Assembly (NCBI GenBank): GCA_051530055.1
Contig: CM121343.1
Span: 6,852,389-6,916,388, forward strand
Source: Neoechinorhynchus agilis
Taxonomy: Eukaryota; Animalia; Acanthocephala
Direction of reading: 5' to 3'
Length of the DNA: 64,000 nucleotides
Shown: one piece after another, positions 48,950 to 60,789 of the stretch
Position numbering within the stretch: position 1 is the first letter of the stretch
Layout of the letters: every line of letters begins with the position of its first letter
The notes under the pieces: model-generated
What the model saw: the letters and a program-made list of their open reading frames with translations, nothing else
The model's database searches: none
Told to the model about the DNA's origin: nothing
Program-made: the position numbers and the translations under genes

Positions 48950-49260
48950 CATCCGCCTCCCCCGCGAACTCTGACTACTCTTCGGCTCTTATCACTCCCT
49001 CCACCTCTTACCAGTCTGGGATAAACGTGATCATCACATCCAAAATTTTAAAAAATTATTCAACTCTAACATCCGCACATCCCACTCTGACAACACAAAT
49101 GGTCCTTCTTTTGCCATGTCCTCCCTAACCTCAATCATAGAAAATTTCCTAGCTTCGGCAATTCCCGAGAAATTCATTAGGATCTCTAAGCGCGACCACC
49201 CATGGATAACCCCCATTCTGAAACTTCTTCAAAAGCAAACTCCAAAAAGACTTTCCTAGT
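48950..49260 (+). mobile_element. LINE fragment, same family as 1355-3366
   Basis: Reverse complement of ~2960-3290 (the shadow ORFs 2991-3173 and 49034-49216 are near-identical). Confidence 0.85.
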
Positions 49261-49699
49261 TTAATCAACAACCATATTCATTTATCCAATCAGAATTCGA
49301 GTGTTCATGAGGACCTAAATCAGCAGGAACAGAGTGCAAAAGCTGCGAATTGAAATCGACACCTTCTCATCGAAGTAATGCGTTCTGCCTTGTATAACTC
49401 ATGTTCAATCGATTTGACAGGAAAGCTCAAGAGGGCAGAGATCAAACGCTCCACATTTTTGAACGAAGATTTTGCTTATTTGCGGCCAGGCAATTTGCTT
49501 AGACTAAGTTTTTGCGTTTGGATCTACTGATTGAACAAGAGTTAGACAAGACAGCGGTACCCAAGCGGACAATAGGAATGCCACTGGGCTGTCTCCTTGC
49601 GGAATATGGATCTTACATAGTCTTTGTAGCAAAAAATCAGATGCCAAGATAGAAGTTGTCACAGAGATTCACTCCATCTGCTGACAAGGATTTATAGAA

Positions 49700-51450
49700 T
49701 TCACGAGAAAAAATTACGATCTCTCCGGTGTTGTAATTACCGACTCCAGCTACCAGTCAACCTTTATGGTCTTTGGATTATCTCCAGGCATTGATGAAGT
49801 CGATAAACGGGAATTCGAAGGGAATTTCGGCGTCAAGATCCTATTTTTTCTGAAATCGGTCAGATCAGCGAATATGATCCCGAAAGCGATTGTGATAGGC
49901 AATGTCGAGAGCAGGGACACGTTGACTTTGGAGAGGTGCTATTTCAATTCTATGGTAGTCAAATTTACAGCTGATAATGTTTCCAATTTCGATGATTATC
50001 ACTTCCCGTGATGCAACAGTTGTCGGTGTTCGGGTCACTGGGAGCAACGTTATCCTACGAAGTTGACAAAATGCGCCTTCTGCGGGCTGGATCATCATAG
50101 TTCTAAATGTAGTAGGACTCGAAGACATTGTTCAAACTGTGGTAGCGACGGCCATTGGTCATTTTCAAAAAAATGTGACGCGTTCAAAAAATGCATCGCC
50201 TGGGCACAAGTTCAAGGCCGCAAGGATGCTTCATCATCCGAGCCAGGGGCCCAGTGACCGTGTGGTGTGCGCGTTCATAATGCGCTTGATATATCGCTGG
50301 TTCAACGCCACCGGTCGCTGGGTTCCACTTGTGTGTGCGAGGCTGCTGCAAGGGGTGGGGTCAGGTTTTGAGATCGCCCATCGGCCCCAAAAGGGGGTTG
50401 GCCCTGTTCCTTCGAGTGCGGCTGAGCGCCTCCGTTGTGTGCAAGTTAGTCGGAAAAAAAAGACTCCAAAGGAATATAGACGAAACTATTAAAAAGAAGA
50501 TGTCATAGACAACAAAGTGTATGTGGCCTTGATAATAAATAAATAAAAAATCCGAGCCAAGGACTTTGATTTAGCGCTCAAGACCGTCTACTGAACTTCG
50601 CGTTTCCTCAAAGTCCAGTCACACGCTCCGAAGAATGTGGAGCCATCCAGGGATAAGCCTCCTCAGTCAAGTCGGGAGGACCTCTTGGAAAAGAAGCTGA
50701 AGGAATTTTCGGACGAGGTGCTTCACATGGTCGACCTCCGTATTTCTACCGCAATACAGCGATTGGAGCGCAGAACATCTGCCCGATTGGACGCGCTTAT
50801 GGAATCAATCACAACGAGACTGAGTGTGGTTTCTCTTGGATCTGTCTTTTCTAGTCAACCGTCGTCGATATTGACAACTCTGAGGAGTTCGTTCGGGACA
50901 TTATTGAAAAACAGACCCAGGTTTGTGGGCTGGGATAGAACTGAGAATCGTGCAGTGGAACTCTGGCAGGCTTCTAGGTATTACTCGCCTGTTGTCGGAG
51001 GTAAGTATAGGTGACATTATTTTCCTACAGGGAACTAAGTCATTATACGATGTGGACAATCTGCGAGATGATCTCAAAAGCCGGCTTGAAGATTTTGCCT
51101 CATTCTGTGCGCCTCCATTCTCACAGAACTCTCAAGGTTTATTGTCGATGTTAAAATCATGACTGTGTCCCCATCAAATCTCTGAATACACTTCTTCAAA
51201 GCTCTCTTATGCCACATTTTCCGTACGTTTTCACGGCAAGAAGTTACTACTTGGCAATTTTTACAAAGACCGATAAAAGTCCACCTGTCGAAGACTGCGC
51301 TTGGGTCCGATGTCGATTACTGTTTTGGTGATTTTAACGACCTTCTATGAAGTGGATCAATGTCATTACGCGCTCTGGGATGCTAAATAATCTCATTTTA
51401 TCCCCCGACCTTTCTAGACTTGATCATGTGGCGAAAAAAGTCCTTTTCGG
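49700..51450 (+). mobile_element. Jockey/I-group-like LINE: gag-like ORF1 with CCHC knuckles plus degenerate APE endonuclease
   Basis: CAFCGLDHHSSKC..RRHCSNCGSDGH....KC; LRIVQWNSGRL...DIIFLQGTK; downstream GNFY and GDFND remnants. Confidence 0.75.
50246..50549 (+). mobile_element. Short retroposed insert with (TAAA)n tail and 10-bp TSD, nested in ORF1
   Basis: TSD atccgagcca at 50236-50245 and 50550-50559. Confidence 0.85.
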
Positions 51451-52240
51451 AGCCCAGGATAGTGGCTCAGAGGACCTCCTTTTCCATCGCTGGTCATGAC
51501 ATTCAAGTCTGGGAAATTGGTGATAATATTCTGTAATCGCGTAGGTTTAAAATGAGTGCTTTGAATATGCGCCTCTTTAATGCCACCATCGAATTGTGCT
51601 GAGGTGTGGGTATGATCGATATTCTTGTGGAAATTAACAATTTTTTGGTCAAGTCCAGTGACGCCATCTTGACTACGGTTACCAAGTTCATTGGTCCGCT
51701 AGTGCATAAACCCAAATTACTATCGCTTTACGGTAATGAAATGTTTAAAGCTAATGCTTGCGGTGATGGGGATGCTGTCAAGTTTTGGTCTTCTTTATTT
51801 TGGCCATGCAGGGCTCGTTTCCAAATTGCACAAGACTTTAAAAACTCAATTCCTTCTTACCTTTCTCCTTGGTGGAAGGTGATCTCGTGTAAGAAATTTT
51901 TTCCCTGGAAAAAGGCTGCAGCCCGTTGGATCAAGTCGTCTGGGATGAATAATGTAATTGGCACTCTATGCAGCGAACACTACTACCTCTCCTGTGCTTA
52001 TTAACTTTATGCCCATTAAGCCTCGTCGGGCGGTGGAAGGTGGCGAATTTCGTTGTAACGAAAACAGTGCCAGCTTCTCAATCAATGATTCAAGACCGCC
52101 CGATCCTTCCGATGATCGTGACGGTTACTCAATACGTTCAAAATTCCTTTATATTCGAAACTTAAGGAATTCTTGCCATCGCATACAATCCAAAGAACCG
52201 ATTCTACCGATTCTCCATGCATTGATCTTCCAATCAAGAA

Positions 52241-52933
52241 ATGGTCGAGTATCGCATCCACCGAATCCGATTCCATTTAGAGAATTTATCAATGAGCGTT
52301 TTCTTGCTCTTTAAAAACCACATCAAAGACGACAATGAACGTATAAAATCAATTTCGAGTTTCGTGGGCAGTCTCAACGATTATTTGCTCAATGAGCATT
52401 TCACTGATTGCGATTTGAAAGGGATCGAAATTAATAAATGGAACGTTAACACGACATTCATCGCTTCGGGTGTATCGCCAGATTTGGATACAGACGATCA
52501 CGCAAACTTTGAGAAGTCATTTCAATGCAAGATTTTGTTCTTCCTAAAATCGCAACGAACGGGCAATCCGATTCTGCGTGTCGTAGAAGAAACAATCTCT
52601 CCAATCGGAACTGTCGCTTTCACGGAATGGTAGTATAATTCTATCCAAACGATATTTTTAATCAAGATGATTACCATTTTCCTAGATGTTCCGGTTGCCA
52701 ATGTTGTGGACATTAAGTTTAAAAAATACGCCATGCCAGAAAAAAAACTTAGAATTGCTGTTCGAATTGCGGCCGACGAGGGCACAACGCTTTTGCTAAA
52801 AACTGCCCGGAATTCTAGAAATAAGGTCATGCTGTTAAGCAAACGCCTCTTGATGCCCATCAATTTAAAAAAGAAGATTCACGGTTTTTATGCCCCTCCC
52901 AACTTGAACAGCTCTCTTTTTATATTATACTAA
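52241..52933 (+). mobile_element. Second gag-like ORF1 paralog remnant
   Basis: TFIASGVSP..D...FEKSFQCKILFFLKSQR parallels 49766 VFGLSPGID...FEGNFGVKILFFLKSVR. Confidence 0.5.
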
Positions 52934-53274
52934 ATTTTTATTAAGATCTAGTAACTAAATAATCATTAAAAAAATGCTTTCACTAAATAATAAAGGTTTA
53001 TTCGTAGTTCCAAAATTGCTTTTCTTTGTTGACCAAAGGACCCTTCTCTCCTGGTGCTACTTGAATTTGATTGATCGCTTTTATGCCAGACTAATGAACA
53101 ATATTTGCCAATTGAACAGTTTTGGGTTTATTTTAACCGCTACTGTGTTTTGCTGCAGACTCAGAAGAGGACTTTAATCGCTTTGACTCTTTATTTGCCG
53201 TTGCGCTTCTTCGTCGTTTTATCTTTTTTTAGGTGGCCGGAAAATGTCGTTTGTTTCACTTATTTTGTCCTTTT

Positions 53275-54803
53275 GATTTAGGATTGGGGCTTCGGTTGTT
53301 CCGGATTTATTTCAGAACTTTCGCCCTGATTTGCCTTTGACTCTCCCGAATCGTCCGATACGATTATAACCTCTGGCGCATTTAATTTCGGATGAGATGT
53401 AGGAATTCGCTTGCGGCTCGGCTTCGTCAACTTCGATGCAACCTTTAGTCGTTTGCCGTCATGGATTGAGTCTCCTTTGACTTGTGTCGATTCTCCGGCA
53501 CGTTTAGAACCGATTTTAAGCTCGTTTTTTGAATGTCGTTTGATCCAAATCCGTCGAAATGTTTGTCTCTTTTACATTGGTGATCTGTATTTGCGACTGG
53601 GACTTCGACAGCTCAGGATTTATTTGAGAACTTTCGGCATTATTTGCCTTCGACCCCATGGATTCCTCCGCTATGATTATAACCTCTGGTCCATTTGATT
53701 TTGAATGATGTTCTGAGATTTGCTTAGGGCTTGGCTTCGTCGTCGTTGTCATCTTTTGTCGTTTGCCGCCAGAACTTGAGTCTTCTATTACTTCTGCCGA
53801 TTGTCTTGGACGTTTAGAACCCATTTTAATATCCCTGGGAAATTTCGTTTGATCGAAGTCTTTTAAGGTGCTCGTTTCCTCTATTTTTGTTATTTCGACT
53901 TCCAACGTAGATTTCAACTCGGGATAAATTTTTGAACACTCGGTTTGATTTACCTTGGGCTCGACTGAATTTTCAATTGTTTCTGGCGGATTTGATTCCA
54001 GTTTAGGTTTTGAGACTCGCTTGCGACTGCTTCGTCCTCGTTGTAACCTTTGGTCTTCTGATGTCTTCGGTAGTTTCTTCCTTTGTTTCTCTCGGCTGTT
54101 TAACCGTTGGAAGTTCCGTTCACTCAGTTTCTTCGAGTTGTGCCTTTGACCTTGAACGTTTCTGGGCCTGTCGAGCACCCGAAGCTTTTGTTTCTTTTCC
54201 AACACTTTCTGACGGAGTTACTTTTGGATTTGCTTCACTTTCTGTATTTTTCCGTGCGGGGCATTGTCTTGATTTTTTCTCGAGAATCTTTCTTTTGGTC
54301 GGCAAGACATAGTCGTCTTCGGGTTCTCCTTTTACTCGTTTGCGATTGGACGTAACGTTGGCACTACCTTTCGCTCTCGTTGACTTTGGACAATTCAATT
54401 TTGCTTCTTCTTGCCTGAATACCTCGATGGCACTCAACATTTTTCTACCACTTCGAAGACGAAGTCCTCCTTCAGGTTCTGGTGGGGGCTCTCGTGGGCG
54501 GTTGTGAGCTGCTACCCGAGATTCAAAGTGCATTTCACGAGCATTTGGATGTGTAATGGTTGCTTGGTATTCGACGCCGTCCAGAATGACCTTTCCCGTC
54601 CGGACCCCGCATTCATCTCTGGACTCTTCCTTGAAATAAAATTGTACTTCTGTTCCTTTGGCGTAAGTTTCGAATGCTTCGTGTTCGATTTCGGTTGACT
54701 TGTCTTCTTTTAGAGTCTCTTTGTGTTCAGATGCAGCTTGAGACGTGGACGATGTTTCAGAGTCGTTCTTTGAGGTTTTGTCGTTAAAATCTTGATTTTG
54801 CAT
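53275..54803 (-). CDS. Unknown basic, low-complexity protein with an ~100-aa internal repeat (two frame changes)
   Basis: Overlapping minus ORFs 54120-54830 and 53516-54205; a further frame gives a second repeat (ELKIGSKR...PEVIIVSDDSGESKAN vs DIKMGSKR...PEVIIIAEESMGSKAN). Confidence 0.45.
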
Positions 54804-54850
54804 ATCTAAAATGTTAAAAGGAATTGGCACCTCTAAAAAATGTGTTCTAG

Positions 54851-55534
54851 ATGGAAGTCTGTGAGCAATATTTTCGACCCGCCGAATACTTCGAAACCAG
54901 CACAGGAAACAAGGTTTGTACGTGAATACTCACACAACCTTCGACGGACGTGTGAGTATTCAAGAAAAGAAATCTTTAATGGCAGGAAGTCAAAATATCA
55001 TTCTAACTGGTCGAGTAATAATTCAACAAAATTGTGTGTTCAGAGGCGATCTCGCTCCAATTCGAGTTGGAAAATACTGTCATTTCGGACGAAGCTGCAT
55101 TCTCCAACCCTTCTTTACTCGCGCATCGTCCTCTTATTCGTTCTCAAAACTATCGATTGGCGACTATACGATCGTGGAAGATGATTGCGTTCTTAAATGC
55201 AATCAAGTTGGTTCCTGTGTACGGATTGGTAAGTTTACGTGTTGATTTCTCTAGAAAACACATCATTTTCTTAATTCTAGGCCACAATTCCGTTTGTGAG
55301 AAGCGCTCGATCCTTAAGGATTGTAGCATTCTTCTACCAAACAGCCTTCTAACTGCTGATACTTGCGTCCCTCCCTATTGTATTTTCGGAGGAATTCCAG
55401 CCAAGTTCATCGCCGAAGCCCCTGAAAGTACAAGACAAATCATGGTTGATCTTTGTTCTGAAATGTTCGATTCATTTCTACCCTTACCGCCGGGAATTGA
55501 AGGGAGCCTTCGTGAAGATGTGGAAGGTGCTTAA
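54851..55534 (+). CDS. DCTN5: Dynactin subunit 5 (p25)
   Basis: MEVCEQYFRPAEYFETSTGNK, GSQNIILTGRVII, RGDLAPIRVG, IGDYTIVEDDCV, LKDC, VPPYCIFGGIP; 52-nt intron at 55229-55280. Confidence 0.92.
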
Positions 55535-56066
55535 ACCGATCGGATTTTTAACTTACCCGTGGAAATTCCTGGAGATGTTTTGATGCTGAGGTGCTCGTTG
55601 TTATCGATACGATTAAGGTGAAGCGCTTTAACGAGAGGGGAACGGGAAAGCTTGAAATCAGTTTGTTGCACAAATATTATCCGCATTCAATAGGTTTTTC
55701 CTTGTAGTTAATTAGAAATACGTTTTCTTTGTATTTGTGCTTTTATTGTCGAAAAAATATTGGTTATCAGCAATCACTTGGGTTTTTTTATTGAATTAAA
55801 CATACGTTTTCTTTGTATTTGTGCTTTTGTTGTCGAAAAAATATTAATTATTGATAATTAGTCACAAAACGTGATCACGTGACCTTTCTAATGATTGCTA
55901 TATATTAAATTTTCGAAATATTTTATGAACTCGAAATTGTCGTGTACTTAAAAAACGGTTTATTTTCGAAATTTATGTAATTGTCCTTTTTCCAAATCAT
56001 TTGTCGATGATTCTCCTTGCAGAATGAATATTTTCTTCAGAGTGGCGAAAAAGTACAAAAAGGACA

Positions 56067-57034
56067 CTAATGAACAATATTTGCCAATTGAACACTTTGG
56101 TGTTTATTTCAACCGCTACTGTGTTTTGCTGCAGACTCAGAAGAGGACTTTAATCGCTTTGAATCTTTATTTGCCGTTGCGCTTCTTCGTCGTTTTATCT
56201 TTTTTTAGGTGGCCGGAAAATGTCGTTTGTTTCACTTATTTTGTCCTTTTGATTTAGGATTGGGGCTTCGGTTGTTCCGGATTTATTTCAGAACTTTCGC
56301 CCTGATTTGCCTTTGACTCTCCCGAATCGTCCGATTCGATTATAACCTCTGGCGCATTTAATTTCGGATGAGATGTAGGAATTCGCTTGCGGCTCGGCTT
56401 CGTCAACTTCGATGCAACCTTTAGTCGTTTGCCGTCATGGATTGAGTCTCCTTTGACTTGTGTCGATTCTCCGGCACGTTTAGAACCGATTTTAAGCTCG
56501 TTTTTTGAATGTCGTTTGATCCAAATCCGTCGAAATGTTTGTCTCTTTTACATTGGTGATCTGTATTTGCGACTGGGACTTCGACAGCTCAGGATTTATT
56601 TGAGAACTTTCGGCATTATTTGCCTTCGACCCCATGGATTCCTCCGCTATGATTATAACCTCTGGTCCATTTGATTTTGAATGAGGTTCTGAGATTTGCT
56701 TAGGGCTTGGCTTCGTCGTCGTTGTCATCTTTTGTCGTTTGCCGCCAGAACTTGAGTCTTCTATTACTTCTGCCGATTGTCTTGGACGTTTAGAACCCAT
56801 TTTAAGGTCCCTGGGAAATTTCGTTTGATCGAAGTCTTTTAAGGTGCTCGTTTCCTCTATTTTTGTTATTTCGACTTCCAACGTAGATTTCAACTCGGGA
56901 TAAATTTTTGAACACTCGGTTTGATTTACCTTGGACTCGACTGAATTTTCAATTGTTTCTGGCAGATTTGATTTCAGTTTAGGCTTTGAGACTCGCTTGC
57001 GACTTTGCTTCGTCCTCGTTGTAACCTTTGGTCT
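56067..57034. repeat. ~965-bp direct duplication of 53091-54056
   Basis: Identical shadow ORFs at 53411 and 56387 (offset 2976). Confidence 0.95.
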
Positions 57035-57639
57035 TTTGTTGGGAGAAACGATATCCGATCTAAATTTATATTCTCAACTTGCGCCCTGCACAATTGATTA
57101 TTGACATCATAACAGCAGAAATTATATCGCCGCGAACATTAAAAGCCTTCTGTAGTTCGTAGGAATATTGGTGGCATTGATATCAGCAATCAAAAACATA
57201 AAGACGATGAATTGAAGACCGGTGATCGCGTCTCCTGCTGCTTCAACAGCACACAAAAAGTGGACGAATTTGCAGGTTTGAATAATTGGTTCAAACATGT
57301 TGATGTGAATTTTAAAACTACTTTGCAACATTGCAATTGCGATCGTATTAAAAAAATCGATATGCATTAAAAAATATCAATTGCGTCAATATCAAAACAA
57401 TGCGCACCACAACATCCGAACTTACATTCCATGTTTTCGCAACCAAGTGTTACGGCGGAGGGTGGCAAACGGCCACCCAATCATTCCTCGCATGTCTTCA
57501 ATCTTCCGTCGGTTCCTCCGGACGATGATCTAGTTACGGAACTAATGGATACGGATGGAGATGAAGAGAGGCAATCCAACATCGAAGCATGTCACCAGTT
57601 GCTCGGGGACGCACAACATACCCTCGAGACCATACACCA

Positions 57640-58400
57640 AGTTTCCCAAACGAGAGGAGCGCCGCAAGGGTCACCGCTCTCACCCATCCTGTTCTGCTTA
57701 GCCTCCCAATTCCTTATTAAGAACTGCACATTCTGTAATGATTTGACCTTATATGCAGACGACTTCACTGCGGTAATCAAGGAATCGAACTACCTAACTG
57801 CCATAAATAAACTAGCAGAGTTACTGGAATATCTTAACTCCACTCTTCCACAAATGGGCTTATCACTTAACCCACAAAAAACGCAATTTATTTTTAAATC
57901 CAGATCAGTAGAGGGAAACGACGGGTCCGCGACTTTTATAATGCATTTTTTAATCTGACATCTTCATCTATTTTTAATAAGATTTCGGTTTTGGGCTTCA
58001 CACTCACTTCTAATATGTCTCCAAAACATGACCTCAGCAAATCAAAAGGCTCTTACGCGTTGCTAGTCTGAAAGCCAAAAGAGCTTCCAAACTCGGACTC
58101 GGTCCGCACAACTCCAAAAGTATCTGGAATTCTTGGACCATTTCAGGCCTAGTCTTCTATTCGAGAGGTAGACCCCCCCGAACAACGACCAATATTCACT
58201 AGCACTTTCCTTGAAGCTTTGAGCAAACTCCCTTACTCCTGGATACACAACGGCGACTAAGCTAAAAAAAGCACAAAAATGGACAGCAATGATCTGAAGG
58301 CAACTAATTGATCACAGGCTTTACACCATTTAACTACGATCCTTACTGTCTTCTTCGAATAAATATTATTATTAGGTCGCCAGATGAAACTACTTTCTCA
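57640..58400 (+). mobile_element. LINE RT fragment
   Basis: TRGAPQGSPLSPILF, LYADDF, GLSLNPQKTQ, followed by a stop. Confidence 0.85.
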
Positions 58401-58580
58401 TTCCCGGTACCAAAGCATCCTTGAGTTTCATACTTTTAAGCTCTGCCTTTTCCACTGTGAAAAGCCAGCATTCAACTTTTTTAAATTCTGTGAATATTTT
58501 AATTGATTAAAAAATCATTCATGTCTTTTGTGAGGCGAGTGTAAAAAGATGAAATTTATTTTTACCAAAATGACAATTTC

Positions 58581-58909
58581 TCACTTCGACAAAATCATTC
58601 TCCTCTTTTTCAAAGCGAATACAGCAATCCGAGCATGATTTGATTGTAGACCAAATTTTTCAATCAATAAATTAATTTTTTGTGTCGTCGAATGATTTTT
58701 TAGCATCTCTTCTAAAGCAACGATCGAATCTATTCCGCTTTCTTCGAATTTATGAAGACTTCGTTTTCCTACTCCTGGAACACAAAGCAGATCCTTGTGA
58801 TCGAATTCGCGATTGAGAAAGCAATCGATCTTTGCCGAAAAAAGAATTGATCCATGTTTGGATCCACCTCCTTACAGCATTTTTCGGATCTCGTTTCGTT
58901 TTCGGTCAT
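58581..58909 (-). pseudogene. BAF-like copy C (1-nt deletion in a T homopolymer; possibly a sequencing error)
   Basis: Within 58457-59352, a direct copy of 3814-4710; 6 rather than 7 A at ~58838-58843. Confidence 0.55.
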
Positions 58910-60789
58910 CGGTGAATTCGATTTTGTCAATGATGAGCCATTAAGTGTGCATAATGTTGCTATGGCAACGCAACCGAGATGCTGGCAGTACGCGAACCCC
59001 AAATTTTTCTTGAACTAGCAATGTTTTCGCAATCTACCGTTGCAACGGTTTGTGGCAGACTGTAAACCCTTTCAAGGACCTCTGCTTCTTCACATCCATC
59101 ATAAACAACCAAATAAAGAAATCAACGAAGTGTCCCATAATCTATATACGGAGATTCCGACTAAAAGGTGGCCGCAAACGATTGTTATTCAATCTAATCT
59201 CATGCTTCCGAGACCGATCTTTTATCAACGCTACTTGGCCCATTGGCTAAAAACGATATCCCTAGGATCTCATCCATTACACATTTCGCCGATAAACTGA
59301 AGGTCCACTAATCAACCTGCAGTACGCAATGTTCTTCAATGAATTTATTGGATCTTATTTTGACTTTCAAGACGTGGAAGTCACGATTGGTGATTAAGAT
59401 TCGAATTTCCTCGTCTCTGATCTATCACCTGATCTGGATCAAACAGATCGCAAAAGTTATGAAGATAAATTACGATGCTGCATTATTTTTATCCTGAAAT
59501 CAGAGAAAACGGCGAATCCGATACAGAAAGCCGTTTTCCTCTGGCAAGAAAAACAGAAGGATCCCCTACGATAATATTTAATATTCTTCAAATAAGACCG
59601 TTACCCATTGTAAGATGTTGGGATCTTTGAATAAATTCTAAATTTTATTCATTGTCGCATTAAAATGAGTAATAATGAAAAAACCTGTTTTTCTGGGGAG
59701 CGAAATCTGTACCCAACAGTCTATTTTGTTTATTCTCCACTCTTTTATACAAGGACGACGATTTTTGGAAATTAGTTAAATATCTTCTCGGAAGACGGGA
59801 TTTAGTTAATGGATTTATACAAGATTTGTTTAAATTAGTAACTAAGTTTGCTTCTTTAAGAGAAATCGAAAGCTTGTTAAAATATAAAGTCATATTATTC
59901 CATAAGATGTTTCATAGTCTGGAGGAGCAGAATGGAAAAATGTTATCAGCGTATACTACCGGCTGTATATTTTTGAAGCCTTTCATTGATTTGAATATAA
60001 AAATTATGACTATCCAAAAAAGGGCGGGAGATTAAAGAGTCATGAGACAAGCCAATTCTGGAGTAAAGTTTTGAAGACGAGGGGTCTACGTCGTAATAAA
60101 ATTCTTTATAATCAATTGAGTGTTGAATCTTTTAAATAATATCGAAAGGAACCTTGATTTCCTGTAAAACCTTATAAAAAATGATTGTTTTGATTCGATA
60201 TAATCGAAAATAGTTAATATAATCTACGGCTATCTGGGTTTTGACAATCTTAATTGAAATATTTTCCATTCCCTTAGCCTGTTGATATGCAGATATGCCA
60301 TAAATCTGCCGTATATATTTAAAAATGAAACTGCTCACGATTGGTGTGTAATGGCGACAAAAATTATGTAAATTTATTACACGATTCTCATCCAAACACT
60401 TCAAGACAAATATATTAACTAATGCTTCGTTGTTTATACAAGAATTCTCATTGGATTCTTATAAATTCTTCATCCAAACATTTCAAGAAAAAAATATAAA
60501 CTAATGCTTGTTATTCATTATCGAAGACTTCTTGCATTCTAATAGAGGCTTCATCCCAGCATTTCAGGAAAAATTTTATAAACTATTGCATCGTTATTTA
60601 TATAAGAATCTCATTGGATTCTTATAGAGGCTTCATCCAAACATTTCAAGAAAAATGCCTTCCACCTGATATACGCCCTAAAGGGCAAATGTTTGTAAAA
60701 TGACGTGTTTTAGATATCTGAAGGAGGCCCACGCTCAGGCCCAAAATTAACCGATAGCGACGAAAATTCTAAGGAAAAAGTTTTGTCTT

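Noticed and set aside
53411-53698. Plus-strand ORFs such as 53411, 53955, 54010, 56387, 62635 and 62912
   Set aside because: Antisense shadows of repetitive minus-strand coding regions.
54560-54680. Small globular segment (EVQFYFKEE...GKVILDGVEYQA) as a TAF7-like domain
   Set aside because: The similarity is too short to assign without a profile search.
59660-60404. Possible Penelope N-terminal remnant (FKYIRQIYG...)
   Set aside because: Only weak resemblance and no RT motifs nearby; not supportable.
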